Assembly: GCA_002327235.1 (NCBI GenBank)
Contig: DCUX01000005.1
Span: 1,542-65,541, forward strand
Length of the DNA: 64,000 bases
Origin: Firmicutes bacterium UBA2203
Lineage (GTDB): Bacteria > Bacillota > Desulfotomaculia > Desulfotomaculales > Nap2-2B
Direction: 5' to 3'
The notes beneath the pieces were generated by a model, which was not told the DNA's origin, did no database searches, and was given only the letters and a program-made list of their open reading frames with translations. A program made the position numbers and the translations under genes. This document shows positions 10,734-20,828 of this stretch, piece after piece; within the stretch, counting starts at the first letter, position 1; each line of letters opens with the position of its first letter.

Positions 10734-11489
10734 TTGCGACACGCTAAAAAGACAGAAGATATTCTTCCGGGCCGAAATGCCGTAATAGAAGCTATACGGG
10801 CTAGCCGGCCGATTAACAAGTTGTTGGTGGCTAAGAGTGCCTCCTTTGAGAGTTCTTTAAGGAAGATAATTTTTTTAGCCCGGGAAAAATATATTCCTGT
10901 TCAGCAAGTGGAGCAGACGTTATTGGACAAAATGTTTCCGGGTGTTGCCCACCAGGGAGTAGTAGCCCTGGCTTCGGCTAAAGAATATGTTACTATAGAG
11001 CATATTCTGGCCAAAGCAAATGAAGAAAACCCCCTTTTACTTTTCCTGGATGAAATTACTGATCCGCGTAATTTTGGGGCTATTGTCCGTACGGCGGTAA
11101 CCGCAGGGGTACACGGAGTAATTATTCCCCGTCACCGGACAGCACCTGCTACGCCGGCCGTAGCTAAAGCAGCAGCCGGTGCCCTTGAATATGCTTTAAT
11201 TGCCCGGGTAGCAAATTTAGCCCAAACAATAATGTACGTACAGCGGCATGGTATATGGGCAGTAGGAGCTGATGCAGCCGCAAAAGACGTTTTTTGGGAC
11301 GTCAACTTAACTGTACCTTTGGCTTTGATTGTTGGCGGTGAAAGCAAGGGGTTGGGACGTATAGTGCGTCAAAAGTGTGATTTATTGGTTCGTTTGCCAA
11401 TGACGGAAAAAATAAGCTCTTTAAACGCAGGAGTGGCCGCAGCCTTGTTAATTTATGAGGTTTTGCGGCAGAGGAGAAATACGAAATAA
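10734..11489 (+). CDS. rlmB: 23S rRNA (G2251) 2'-O-methyltransferase, SpoU family
   Basis: DPRNFGAIVR, GGESKG and SLNAGVAA SPOUT motifs; position after cysS. Confidence 0.92.
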   Translation: MRHAKKTEDILPGRNAVIEAIRASRPINKLLVAKSASFESSLRKIIFLAREKYIPVQQVEQTLLDKMFPGVAHQGVVALASAKEYVTIEHILAKANEENPLLLFLDEITDPRNFGAIVRTAVTAGVHGVIIPRHRTAPATPAVAKAAAGALEYALIARVANLAQTIMYVQRHGIWAVGADAAAKDVFWDVNLTVPLALIVGGESKGLGRIVRQKCDLLVRLPMTEKISSLNAGVAAALLIYEVLRQRRNTK

Positions 11490-12007
11490 TGAAAAATTAC
11501 TTGATAGTAGATGGATACAATATTATTTATGCCTGGCCCGAGCTAGAAAAGATTAAAAACGCTAGTTTGGAAAGCGCCCGAAATCGGCTGATTGAAATCC
11601 TAGTTAATCACGCGGCCTTAAGTGATGAGCGGGTCTTCATAGTTTTTGATGCCTATAAAGTTAAAGAAGACAGCCAGCGCAGGGAACTAATTAATGATAA
11701 AATAACGGTTTTTTATACCCAGGAAGGGGAAACAGCGGATACCCTAATTGAAAAGCTAGTCGGTCAATTAACCAGGGAAGAAGCTACGGTGGCTGTGGTT
11801 ACCTCAGATTATAATATTCAGCATATAATCTTTGGCCAGGGTGCTTCCCGTCTTACCCCGCGGGAACTACGCGCCCGGGTAAAGCAGGCCCAAGCAGAAA
11901 TAAAAGAATATTGTTCCCTAAGCAGACCTGGCGGAGACAGCCTGGAAAATAGACTGGTGGAAGACGTGCGCGTTATTTTAGAAAAATGGCGCCGGGAAAA
12001 AAAATAA
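11489..12007 (+). CDS. yacP: NYN-domain ribonuclease (YacP/Rae1 family)
   Basis: LIVDGYN, VFDA, ETADTLIE and VVTSD motifs. Confidence 0.9.
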   Translation: MKNYLIVDGYNIIYAWPELEKIKNASLESARNRLIEILVNHAALSDERVFIVFDAYKVKEDSQRRELINDKITVFYTQEGETADTLIEKLVGQLTREEATVAVVTSDYNIQHIIFGQGASRLTPRELRARVKQAQAEIKEYCSLSRPGGDSLENRLVEDVRVILEKWRREKK

Positions 12008-12246
12008 AGGATCAACATTATAACCATAATTATAGCCAGGATAAACGCCTAAAGGTGGATAAGCCAGGAGTAGTCTACCATATCCCTACTTTACGATTGG
12101 AAGGATAGGCTATTAACCGCATAACTCCTACGGCAAAAGTTTCTTAATGAGACAAGGGAGGTAAGGCAACAATATACGCTAGAAATTTTGAAAAAACTAA
12201 AAGAAAACAGCCGGGCATATTGGTAGAATGTTAGGAGGTTAAGGTA

Positions 12247-13608
12247 ATGTCAATCACAGAGAAGATTAGCCAGTTTGTTGTAGATAGTAGCGTAGAGAAA
12301 ATGCCTCCCGAAGCAGTCAAAATAGCTAAGCAGGCTATAATGGATTGCTTGGGTTGCATGCTTTTGGGGGCGGTACAACCGATAGGCGAAATAATTAGCG
12401 AATTTGTTATAGAGGCGGCAGCTAAGCCAATAGCTACCATAGTAGGGCAAGGAAAGAAAACCGTTCCACATCTAGCAGCTCTGGCTAATGGAGTCATGGC
12501 TCACGCTGAGGACTATGACGATATGTGCCTGGCGATTTATGGTCACCCCAGTCCGCCACTTTTGCCCGCGATATTAGCTTTGAGCGAACAATATAAAGTC
12601 TCAGGGAAAAAGGTCATTGAGGCCTACATCACAGGATTTGAGGCTGGCGCTAGCCTAGGACAGGCACTTAACTCGGGTCATTATAACAGGGGCTGGCATG
12701 GTACGGCTACCCTGGGTACCATAGAAGCAGTAGCTGCCAGTGCCAAACTACTTAAACTAGATATGAATCAAACTAGAATGGCTTTGGGGATTGCGTCCTC
12801 TGAAGTGAGCGGATTAAGGCAAAATTTTGGCACCATGACCAAGCCGTTTCACGCCGGTAACGCAGCCAAGAATGGGGTGATCGCCGCCCAATTGGCGGCG
12901 AAAGGTTTTACCGCCGACCCTAACATTATTGAGGCGCCGCTTGGTTTTGGCTATATGTTTCAGGGTGATAAACCACCCGATTGGGAAAAGGTTGCGTCTT
13001 TGGGTAAAACTTTTGAAATTACCACTTCAGGGATAGCCTTTAAACCTTATCCTAGCTGCGGGGAAACCCATGCCGGCATTGAGATTATACTTGACCTGCT
13101 CCAAAAGTACCATTTTTCTGCTGAGGATGTGACGGGAATCGAATGTATATTCAACGAGACTATGAACTCGGTAATGCTCCATACATCTCCCCAAAAGGGT
13201 CTTGAAGGCAAATTCAGCGCTGAATACTGCATAGCACGTGCTTTGCTTGATGGCAAGGTTGGGTTGCAAGACTTTACCGACGAGAAGATTAATCAGCCGC
13301 AGGTACGCCGGCTGATGGAGAAGGTTAAAAGGAAAATTGATCCTGCCATGGCTATGATAGCCTCGACGATTAATGTTAAATTAAAAGATGGCCGTCAACT
13401 TAGTCAACATACGGAAACGCCTAAAGGCTGGCCTCAAAATCCTCTTACTCAGGAAGAGTTGGTGGCAAAATATAAGGACTGTGCTCAATTTGTTCTGTCT
13501 CCGGGGGATATTGCCCGTTCGGCAGAGTTGCTGGAAAACCTGGAGGATATAAAAGATATTACTGAGTTAATGAATATTTTGGGCAAATCATCAGTGTGCC
13601 AGGTATAA
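12247..13608 (+). CDS. MmgE/PrpD family protein
   Basis: NGVMAHAEDYDD, GWHGT, TKPFHAG, FKPYPSC and KFSAEY motifs. Confidence 0.9.
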   Translation: MSITEKISQFVVDSSVEKMPPEAVKIAKQAIMDCLGCMLLGAVQPIGEIISEFVIEAAAKPIATIVGQGKKTVPHLAALANGVMAHAEDYDDMCLAIYGHPSPPLLPAILALSEQYKVSGKKVIEAYITGFEAGASLGQALNSGHYNRGWHGTATLGTIEAVAASAKLLKLDMNQTRMALGIASSEVSGLRQNFGTMTKPFHAGNAAKNGVIAAQLAAKGFTADPNIIEAPLGFGYMFQGDKPPDWEKVASLGKTFEITTSGIAFKPYPSCGETHAGIEIILDLLQKYHFSAEDVTGIECIFNETMNSVMLHTSPQKGLEGKFSAEYCIARALLDGKVGLQDFTDEKINQPQVRRLMEKVKRKIDPAMAMIASTINVKLKDGRQLSQHTETPKGWPQNPLTQEELVAKYKDCAQFVLSPGDIARSAELLENLEDIKDITELMNILGKSSVCQV

Positions 13609-13651
13609 TGACCCATTATTAAGCTAAAGATAAGGGGGTTATAATGAGGCT

Positions 13652-15655
13652 ATGAAGTTAGAGAAATTATTTGAGCCAGGGAATATTGGGAAAATAGAAA
13701 TAAAAAACCGCATAATTATGTCTCCTATGGGTACTATCTCCCATAATCCTGACAGCAGCCTTAAGGATGAAGTAGCGGACTACTATGATGAGCGAGCCAA
13801 GGGTGGGGTAGGACTTATAATGGGTCAAACAAGTACTATCCTACCCGAGGCTGCCGCGCCAATGCGTACGGGTAACTGGGATGACAAATTTCTCCCCGGG
13901 TTACGCCGGGTGGCTGAGGCTATACACCAATATGATACCAAATGTGCCTTTCAATTAACCCATCACGGTAGGTTACTAACCCAATACAGGCATATGGTTG
14001 CCCAGGGTATAAAGATAAGGCCGGTAGCTCCATCAGCCATTCCCAGGCTGTTGACTGAAATCCAAATACCCCGGATACAAGATACAGGTATTGTTTCTCC
14101 CTGGGTGGCAGACAATGAACCGGCAGAAGAAGCCAGCAAGGAAGATATTAGGCGCCTAATAGGTGGTTTTGTTGAGGCAGCCGGGCGAGTAAAGCGAGCA
14201 GGCTTTGATGCAGTAGAAATCCACGGTGGCCATGGTTATTTAATAAGCCAGTTTCTATCGCCCCTTGTTAACCGGAGGATAGATGAGTATGGCGGAAGCA
14301 CAGAGAAGAGAGCCCGTTTTGCCTGTGAAGTAATTGAAGCGGTAAGAGAAAAGGTGGGGCCGGACTTCCCTATTATCTTCCGTTTAAGTGGGTCTGATTT
14401 TTTAGAGGGGGGCATAAATACTGACGAGGTTGTGCTTCAAGCACCATTGTTTGTTGAGGCTGGAGCTGATGCCCTGGATGTTTCCGCTAGCGAACAAGCG
14501 TCTATCGATTGGCAATATCCTAGCTACCTGTTTCCTCCAGGCCCCCTGGTATATTTAGCCGAGAGAATAAAAAAAGCGGTTAAAGTGCCCGTTATTACGG
14601 TGGGGAAGTTAGGCGACCCTCTTTTTGCGGAAGAAGTATTACGTCAGGGCAAAGCCGATTTCATTGCTATGGGTAGGCCCTTATTAGCCGACCCTGAGTT
14701 AGCCAATAAGGCAAAAGAGGGAAGAATTGACGAGATACGCCGTTGTATTTATTGCTTAAATTGCTTTAATTTTGGTGACCATCCCCATATTTTAACGCAG
14801 GGCCTTTCCTGTACGGTTAACCCGGCGTTACTAAGAGAAAAGACCTTTCAGTTTAAGCCTGCTGCGGCTCCCAAGAAAGTTATGGTAGCAGGGGGCGGTC
14901 CAGCAGGGATGGAAACAGCCCGGACGTTAGCCGAACGAGGGTACCAGGTTACTCTATATGAGAAGAGTGATAGACTGGGAGGGCAATGGTTTATTGCCTG
15001 CCAGCAGGAGCAAAAGAAGCGGGATTACCCTCACTTGCTTAATTATTTATCTCGGGGTTTACAAAAAGCCGGGGTGAAGGTGAAATTAAATATTGAGGTT
15101 ACGCCCGAGTTAGTAAAGGAAGAAAGGCCGGATGTAGTAGTAATAGCCACGGGAGCAACACCAGTAACGCTAGGTATACCGGGAGCAGAAGGCAAAAATG
15201 TTATTCAGGCTAACGATGTTATTTTAGGCAGGATTGAGCTAGGAAAAAAGGTGGTAGTGGTTGGCGGACGCTATGTCGGTTTAGAAATAGCCGATCAATT
15301 AGCCGATCAAGATAAAAAGGTTTCCTTGGTTACTAGGCGTGCTTTGGGCAGAGGAATCGAGAGAAATGTATATCTTACCCTAAGGAATAAATTAATAGAG
15401 AAAAGAGTGCAATTATTTGCTAATTCCCCGGTGGTAGAAATTAGGGAGGCGGGAGTTTATATCGCTTATGAAGGGGACCTGGTTTTTCTAAAGTCTGATA
15501 ACGTAGTTCTGGCGGTTGGTGTAAAGCCTGAAAAGCAATTAATTGAGGCTTTAAAGGGGTTGGCTACGGAGGTTTATGCTATTGGAGATTGTGTGCAGCC
15601 CCGGGACGCTATGTGGGCAATTAGGGAAGGCGCTGAAGTAGCCCGGGAAATATGA
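13652..15655 (+). CDS. NADH:flavin oxidoreductase (OYE TIM barrel + 4Fe-4S + FAD/NAD domain; 2,4-dienoyl-CoA/enoate reductase-like)
   Basis: GFDAVEIHGGHGYL, CIYCLNC...CTVNP, GGGPAG and a second Rossmann GG motif. Confidence 0.9.
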   Translation: MKLEKLFEPGNIGKIEIKNRIIMSPMGTISHNPDSSLKDEVADYYDERAKGGVGLIMGQTSTILPEAAAPMRTGNWDDKFLPGLRRVAEAIHQYDTKCAFQLTHHGRLLTQYRHMVAQGIKIRPVAPSAIPRLLTEIQIPRIQDTGIVSPWVADNEPAEEASKEDIRRLIGGFVEAAGRVKRAGFDAVEIHGGHGYLISQFLSPLVNRRIDEYGGSTEKRARFACEVIEAVREKVGPDFPIIFRLSGSDFLEGGINTDEVVLQAPLFVEAGADALDVSASEQASIDWQYPSYLFPPGPLVYLAERIKKAVKVPVITVGKLGDPLFAEEVLRQGKADFIAMGRPLLADPELANKAKEGRIDEIRRCIYCLNCFNFGDHPHILTQGLSCTVNPALLREKTFQFKPAAAPKKVMVAGGGPAGMETARTLAERGYQVTLYEKSDRLGGQWFIACQQEQKKRDYPHLLNYLSRGLQKAGVKVKLNIEVTPELVKEERPDVVVIATGATPVTLGIPGAEGKNVIQANDVILGRIELGKKVVVVGGRYVGLEIADQLADQDKKVSLVTRRALGRGIERNVYLTLRNKLIEKRVQLFANSPVVEIREAGVYIAYEGDLVFLKSDNVVLAVGVKPEKQLIEALKGLATEVYAIGDCVQPRDAMWAIREGAEVAREI

Positions 15656-15806
15656 AGGGGCTGTTTAAGGGGATTTTTACCATGAAGGGTCTACCGGCTT
15701 CAGGTAAGAATGGGGCCTTAATCTCGGTGCATATAGGTGACATTTTCTCAGAAATATTTTAGGGTGACCTTATCACCGAACAATTACAAAACGGGAAAAA
15801 ATAAAG

Positions 15807-15836
15807 TTGACATATTTAAAAAATATAGAGTATAAT
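15807..15836 (+). promoter_or_regulatory. Sigma-A promoter of tRNA-Gly
   Basis: TTGACA-18-TATAAT about 30 nt upstream of the tRNA. Confidence 0.8.
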
Positions 15837-15867
15837 GTTTTATGAAAAACGTAATTTATAAGCGTAA

Positions 15868-15942
15868 GCGGGTGTAGCTCAACGGTAGAGCATCAGCTTC
15901 CCAAGCTGGGGGTTGCGGGTTCGATCCCCGTCACCCGCTCCA
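15868..15942 (+). tRNA. tRNA-Gly(CCC)
   Basis: Acceptor GCGGGTG/CACCCGC, D-arm GCTC/GAGC, anticodon loop TT-CCC-AA, T-loop TTCGATC, encoded CCA end. Confidence 0.96.
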
Positions 15943-15947
15943 GTTTA

Positions 15948-15974
15948 AGGTCGTCAGTAAAAGACGACTTTTTT
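15948..15974 (+). terminator. Intrinsic terminator after tRNA-Gly
   Basis: GTCGTC-AGTAAAA-GACGAC followed by T6. Confidence 0.7.
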
Positions 15975-16130
15975 ATTTAAAAAGACCTCCTGTCTTATCT
16001 TAATAAAATTGTTCTTCGAGTCTGATTACCATAAATTTTTCTTGCTTCATCAGGCCTATTCTAGTAGAATTAAAGCTAAAGAGATTAAAGTAACTCTTGA
16101 TCAATTTGTTTTAAGAGAGGAGTTTTTCTT

Positions 16131-16301
16131 TTGGGAAAACATATTATTACGGTAAATATACATTCCTTACAGGATACGGTTCTAGGGAGGGGTTGCGGTG
16201 AATGTCAGACCTCCTGTCAATCAGCTTGCAAAACTTCTTTAACTGTGGGTAATCAATCTTGCCGTCAGTTAAAAAATCAGGAACCAAAAAAAGGAAGATA
16301 G
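16131..16301 (+). CDS. scfA: SCIFF ranthipeptide precursor, 56 aa, five-cysteine variant (absent from the ORF track)
   Basis: TTG start with GAGGAG RBS; MGKHIITVNIHSLQDTVLGRGCGECQTSCQSACKTSLTVGNQSCRQLKNQEPKKGR; ends 3 nt before the maturase. Confidence 0.93.
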   Translation: MGKHIITVNIHSLQDTVLGRGCGECQTSCQSACKTSLTVGNQSCRQLKNQEPKKGR

Positions 16302-16304
16302 CCG

Positions 16305-17687
16305 TTGGTTCATAAGTTTATTTTTGACGAGACGAGAATTGTCCTGGATGTAAACAGCGGTACGGTGCATTTGGTAGATGAAATGGCTTGGGAAATAATA
16401 AATCAATACCCTAACCTGGATTTGAGCGTGCTTTACGCTTACCTTGAAGGTAAGCATAGTCAAGAGGAAATAAACGAAGCCCGGAGTGAGGTTCAGCAGC
16501 TAATAAAAGAAGGATTACTTTTTAGCCAGGATTTTTTAAAAGGTCTTTATCGTCCACCAGAAAATAGGGTAGTAAAGGCCTTGTGTCTACACCTGGCTCA
16601 TAGTTGCAATCTGGCCTGCCGTTATTGTTTTGCGGATAAGGGGCAATACTACGGCGCGTCAAGTTTAATGTCGGCTGAGACCGGAAAAAAAGCCATCGAT
16701 TTTTTACTGACGAAGTCTGGTAAACGTAAGTACGTAGAAATTGATTTTTTTGGTGGTGAGCCTCTTTTAAATTTTAACGGGTTAAAAAAAATAGTAGCAT
16801 ACGGAAAAAAGCAGGCGGCAGTGTACAATAAAGAAATAAAATTTACTGTAACCACTAACGGGTTACTTTTAACCGAAGAAATTAGCCGTTTTTTAAAGAA
16901 TCATAAAATTTTTACTGTCCTTAGTATAGATGGACGACCAAGGGCTAATGACCGTATGCGTGTTTTTCCCAATGGCCAGGGAACATATAGACGGGTACTA
17001 GAAAATATTAGCCGCCATGTTTCTTTTTGTTCGGAAGAAGATTATTACTTGCGGGGTACTTTTACCAGGCATAATTTGGATTTTGCTAGTGATTTTTTAC
17101 ATCTGGCTGATTTGGGTTTTCGCTATATTTCGTTAGAGCCAGTTGTGGCTTCTCCGGAAAAGGATTATGCTTTTCAGCCAGAAGATATCCCCTATTTAGA
17201 AAAAGAATACGCTAAGCTGGCGCGGCTACTTTTAAACTACCAACAGCAAAGAAAAGAAATTCGTTTTTTTCATTTTGAAATTGACTTAAACGGAGGACCC
17301 TGTTTAATTAAACGGTTGACCGGGTGTGGAGCTGGTCAAGAATACTTGGCCGTTGCGCCAGACGAAAGTTTATATCCTTGCCACCAATTTGTTGGCCGCC
17401 AGGAATATTGTTTAGGAAATTTAGAGCAGGGTATTACCAGACCTCAATTAAGAGAACAATTTTGTCAGGCTTATATCTATAATAAAGAAAGCTGTGCTGC
17501 CTGTTGGGCCCGGTTTTATTGTGGCGGGGGTTGTCACGCTAATAATATTGCTTTTAATGATTCAATTTTTTCTCCAGACCCCCTATTTTGTCGCCTAATG
17601 AAAAAGAGGCTGGAGTGTGCCCTTTATTTGCAGGTTAAAAATTTCAAAAAAAATTTTTGTTTGAACGGAGAATTTGAAAATGGCTAA
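16305..17687 (+). CDS. scfB: SCIFF radical SAM/SPASM thioether maturase
   Basis: N-terminal RRE (LDVNSGTVH), CNLACRYC, FFGGEPL, SPASM cysteines (GCGAG...YPCHQF...CWARFYCGGGC). Confidence 0.94.
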   Translation: MVHKFIFDETRIVLDVNSGTVHLVDEMAWEIINQYPNLDLSVLYAYLEGKHSQEEINEARSEVQQLIKEGLLFSQDFLKGLYRPPENRVVKALCLHLAHSCNLACRYCFADKGQYYGASSLMSAETGKKAIDFLLTKSGKRKYVEIDFFGGEPLLNFNGLKKIVAYGKKQAAVYNKEIKFTVTTNGLLLTEEISRFLKNHKIFTVLSIDGRPRANDRMRVFPNGQGTYRRVLENISRHVSFCSEEDYYLRGTFTRHNLDFASDFLHLADLGFRYISLEPVVASPEKDYAFQPEDIPYLEKEYAKLARLLLNYQQQRKEIRFFHFEIDLNGGPCLIKRLTGCGAGQEYLAVAPDESLYPCHQFVGRQEYCLGNLEQGITRPQLREQFCQAYIYNKESCAACWARFYCGGGCHANNIAFNDSIFSPDPLFCRLMKKRLECALYLQVKNFKKNFCLNGEFENG

Positions 17688-18273
17688 AAATAAGAATCTC
17701 ACCCAGAAAAAACGTAAAAAACAACAAAGGATGGTTCTATGGGTGCTGACTATTTTACTTTCCTTTGGCTTAATCGGTTCTTCAGTTGTATGGATAAGCG
17801 GTAAATTTTTTCCTAAACCTGAAAGTGAGAGCGAGGAGGTTTATTCCCCAGCCAAAGCTTTAGCGGAAGCAGAGGCAAAAGTAAAATCCAAACCAGATGA
17901 TGCTCAGGCCTTAGCTAATTTGGCGCAAGTTTATTTTCAAGCCGGTAAGTTACCTGAGGCATCAAAAATGTACGCTCAGGCAGTCAAAATAGAGCCAAAA
18001 AACAGTGTTTATTGTACCCAGCTATCTTTAATTTATCTTTTACTTGGACAATACGAGCAAGCCTGTATGATACTGGAAAAAGAGCTGGCAAATCACCCAT
18101 TAAATAAAGAGGCACGTTATTATTACGCTCAAGCTTTGGCCTTAGGAAAAAAAGATTATCCTCGCGCCATAAAGGAAATGGAAAAATATATTGATTTAGC
18201 AAAAACCGGCGATGATGTGGCCAAAGCACTTCAAATGGTAGCCGAATGGAAAAAAATACTTCCTAAAAACTAA
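17674..18273 (+). CDS. Membrane-anchored tetratricopeptide repeat protein
   Basis: Basic N-terminus, one TM helix and about three TPR-like repeats. Confidence 0.75.
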   Translation: MKMAKNKNLTQKKRKKQQRMVLWVLTILLSFGLIGSSVVWISGKFFPKPESESEEVYSPAKALAEAEAKVKSKPDDAQALANLAQVYFQAGKLPEASKMYAQAVKIEPKNSVYCTQLSLIYLLLGQYEQACMILEKELANHPLNKEARYYYAQALALGKKDYPRAIKEMEKYIDLAKTGDDVAKALQMVAEWKKILPKN

Positions 18274-18389
18274 GCGAGTGGTATAGGTCTTAATTTTTTA
18301 AATAAAGAACCATTTTCTTTGTAAATATTTTACTTAGTTATTTAATTAACTGGTTAACTGATTAAGTGATAAGGATATAAAATCAATCT

Positions 18390-19298
18390 ATGTTTCTTAA
18401 ATTTTATTTCAAAAACTTTAAATTTCTTAAGATTAAGGTATTTATAATTACTGTTTTAATTTTAATTTTCAGCAGCATTCTAATTACAAAATCTTCTTTT
18501 AAAGGTTACTTTTATATTTTATACCGGGAAGTAATAAGAGCGCAAACGCTACTTTCCATCCGCTACCAGCCTGTTTTAGCCGGGGAGCACTTTTTAGTTG
18601 CTTTTACTGTTGGGGACATTAAAAATGCACAACTGGTGTTACAAACCGCCGAGCATTTTTACCAACCCATCTGCAAGGATTTTAATATTTCTTTACGTCA
18701 TAAGATACCGATTATTATTTATCCCTCCTCTAAAGAATTAAACGCTAGTTTTGGCTGGACTGCCAGCGAAAGTACTATGGGCACATATTGGGCCGGGATA
18801 ATCCGGGTTCTATCTCCCCAAGGCTGGTTACGCGCTAACAATTCTCAGGAAAGAGAAGAAATTTTTGTTTCCAGCGGACCAATGGCTCACGAAGTTACCC
18901 ATCTGGTAGTGGATTATATAGTTAAAGGGAATATCCCTCGTTGGCTTACGGAAGGCCTTGCCCAGTACGAAGAAAAAAAGTTAACCGGCTTTCGGTTTGA
19001 CTATCCTGATTTTATAAATCAGCCTCTATATCCTTTAGCCAAGATGGACCGGGGTTTTGACCAATTGCCTAACCAAATGTTAGCCTACCGGCAGTCTCTT
19101 TCTTTAGTAGAGTACTTGCACCAGGCATATGGTCCGGAAAGTCTCAAAAAAATATTGGCTGTCTTAAGTCAGGGAAAAAATATTAACCTTGCTTTAAAGG
19201 AAGCAGGTGTGATTTACTCGTCGTTCCCGCAAAAAACCCCTTTAGCTCAATTAGAATCTGATTGGCAAGCGTGGCTTGCGCAAACAAAACAACGGTAA
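18390..19298 (+). CDS. Peptidase MA (gluzincin)-like metalloprotease, exported
   Basis: AHEVTH...WLTEGLAQY; N-terminal hydrophobic anchor. Confidence 0.8.
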   Translation: MFLKFYFKNFKFLKIKVFIITVLILIFSSILITKSSFKGYFYILYREVIRAQTLLSIRYQPVLAGEHFLVAFTVGDIKNAQLVLQTAEHFYQPICKDFNISLRHKIPIIIYPSSKELNASFGWTASESTMGTYWAGIIRVLSPQGWLRANNSQEREEIFVSSGPMAHEVTHLVVDYIVKGNIPRWLTEGLAQYEEKKLTGFRFDYPDFINQPLYPLAKMDRGFDQLPNQMLAYRQSLSLVEYLHQAYGPESLKKILAVLSQGKNINLALKEAGVIYSSFPQKTPLAQLESDWQAWLAQTKQR

Positions 19299-19564
19299 AT
19301 TTGACGTAGCTTTTTAAATTGGGCAGATATCGTCCCGGAAAATTTTCTTGTCCGTCAGATAATAATAAATGTTACCTTAAAAGTTTAGTACTATTTTTTT
19401 ATTTCTAAAGTAATTTTTTTACCATAATACGTAAACAAAATAAACTCTTGAAGCATAAATTAAAAATAAAATAATTAAAGATTTACGCTAATTACAATTA
19501 ATTAAATATTAACAATTATTATATCCTTTATTGTATTTACCGGTGGGTTAATATTTATTAACTA

Positions 19565-20782
19565 ATGGTGGGGCGGGTTATGATTTATTTAGATAACTAT
19601 CTGGATGTGGTTAATGCGGAGGAAATAAAAGCTATTAAACAGCTGGGGAAACGCCTGTCCGGTCGAACAGTCCAACATATAAATTCTACGGCTGTTGGCG
19701 GTGGGGTAGCTGAAATTCTTAAGCGGCTGGTTCCTTTAATGCAAGAAGTGGGCATAAAAGCACGCTGGAATGTACTAAGTGGTTCAGAGAATTTTTTTCA
19801 GGTTACCAAAGTTTTTCATAATGCTTTTCATGGTTTACCCGTAAAAATAATTCCGGAAATGATGACCACATACCAAGAAGAGCTAAAGCTAAATTTTCGC
19901 CTGGTTAATCCCGGAGCTGATTTTATAATTCTTCATGACCAGCAACCTTTAGGTTTAGCGGAAGCCCGTCGGAATAATCACTTGGCTCGATGGGTTTGGT
20001 ATTGCCACATAGACCCTACCGGGGTAAGCCGGGAGGTTTGGGATTTTCTGCGTCCTTACGCTCAGAGGTGCGACGCGGCGATTTATCATCTCCCAGATTA
20101 CGCTAAAAAGCTAGGTAACCGCGAATACTTTATGCCGCCCGCTATTGATCCCCTAGCTGAGAAAAATCGGGAAGTATCGGCGGAAGAAAAGGCTTTTATA
20201 TTAGAACAACTGGAGATTCCCACCGATCTTCCTTTGATTGTGCAAGTATCCCGCTTTGATCGCTTAAAGGACCCTCTAGGTGTAGTTAAAACCTTTCGTT
20301 TAATTAGAAAAGAAATACCTTGTCGTTTAATTTTAGCCGGAGGGATGGCGGATGATGACCCGGAAGGAACTCAAATAATTTATGAAGTGCAACAAGAGGT
20401 AGGTAATGACCCTGGTATTCATCTTTTAGTTTTGCCTCCGGTAAGTGATTTAGCCATTAATGTTATTCAGCGTGTGGCTACGGTAATAATCCAAAAATCG
20501 GTTCAGGAAGGTTTTGGTTTAACGGTAAGCGAAGCTTTATGGAAAGCAAGGCCGGTGGTAGCTACTCCAGTGGGAGGGATTAAGCTGCAGGTATTGCCGG
20601 AGAAAACCGGTTTACTGGCTCGAACTAACGAGGAAATGGCGGCGGCAGTTGTGCGACTGTTAAGAAACCCGGGCTTTGCTGAGCAGTTAGGCAAGGCCGG
20701 GCACGAACATGTAAGGCAAAATTTTATTTTACCAATTTACCTTAAGCGATGGCTGGAAGTTCTTAACGCTGAACTTTTTTAA
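19565..20782 (+). CDS. GT4 glycosyltransferase, trehalose synthase TreT-like
   Basis: HINSTAVGGGVAEIL, QVSRFDRLKDPLGV, QEGFGLTVSEALWK. Confidence 0.85.
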   Translation: MVGRVMIYLDNYLDVVNAEEIKAIKQLGKRLSGRTVQHINSTAVGGGVAEILKRLVPLMQEVGIKARWNVLSGSENFFQVTKVFHNAFHGLPVKIIPEMMTTYQEELKLNFRLVNPGADFIILHDQQPLGLAEARRNNHLARWVWYCHIDPTGVSREVWDFLRPYAQRCDAAIYHLPDYAKKLGNREYFMPPAIDPLAEKNREVSAEEKAFILEQLEIPTDLPLIVQVSRFDRLKDPLGVVKTFRLIRKEIPCRLILAGGMADDDPEGTQIIYEVQQEVGNDPGIHLLVLPPVSDLAINVIQRVATVIIQKSVQEGFGLTVSEALWKARPVVATPVGGIKLQVLPEKTGLLARTNEEMAAAVVRLLRNPGFAEQLGKAGHEHVRQNFILPIYLKRWLEVLNAELF

Positions 20783-20828
20783 AGCTAAAAAATAATATAA
20801 AAAATATTAAGATCGGAGTTGAGCTTTT

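Noticed and set aside
12010-12230. Riboswitch upstream of the PrpD-family gene
   Set aside because: Only short pairings (AGGAGT/ACTCCT) and no recognisable family motif; the region may be a coding remnant.
15868-15942. tRNA-Gly as the integration site of a prophage or ICE
   Set aside because: No duplicated tRNA 3' end or adjacent integrase was seen; a terminator and core genes follow.
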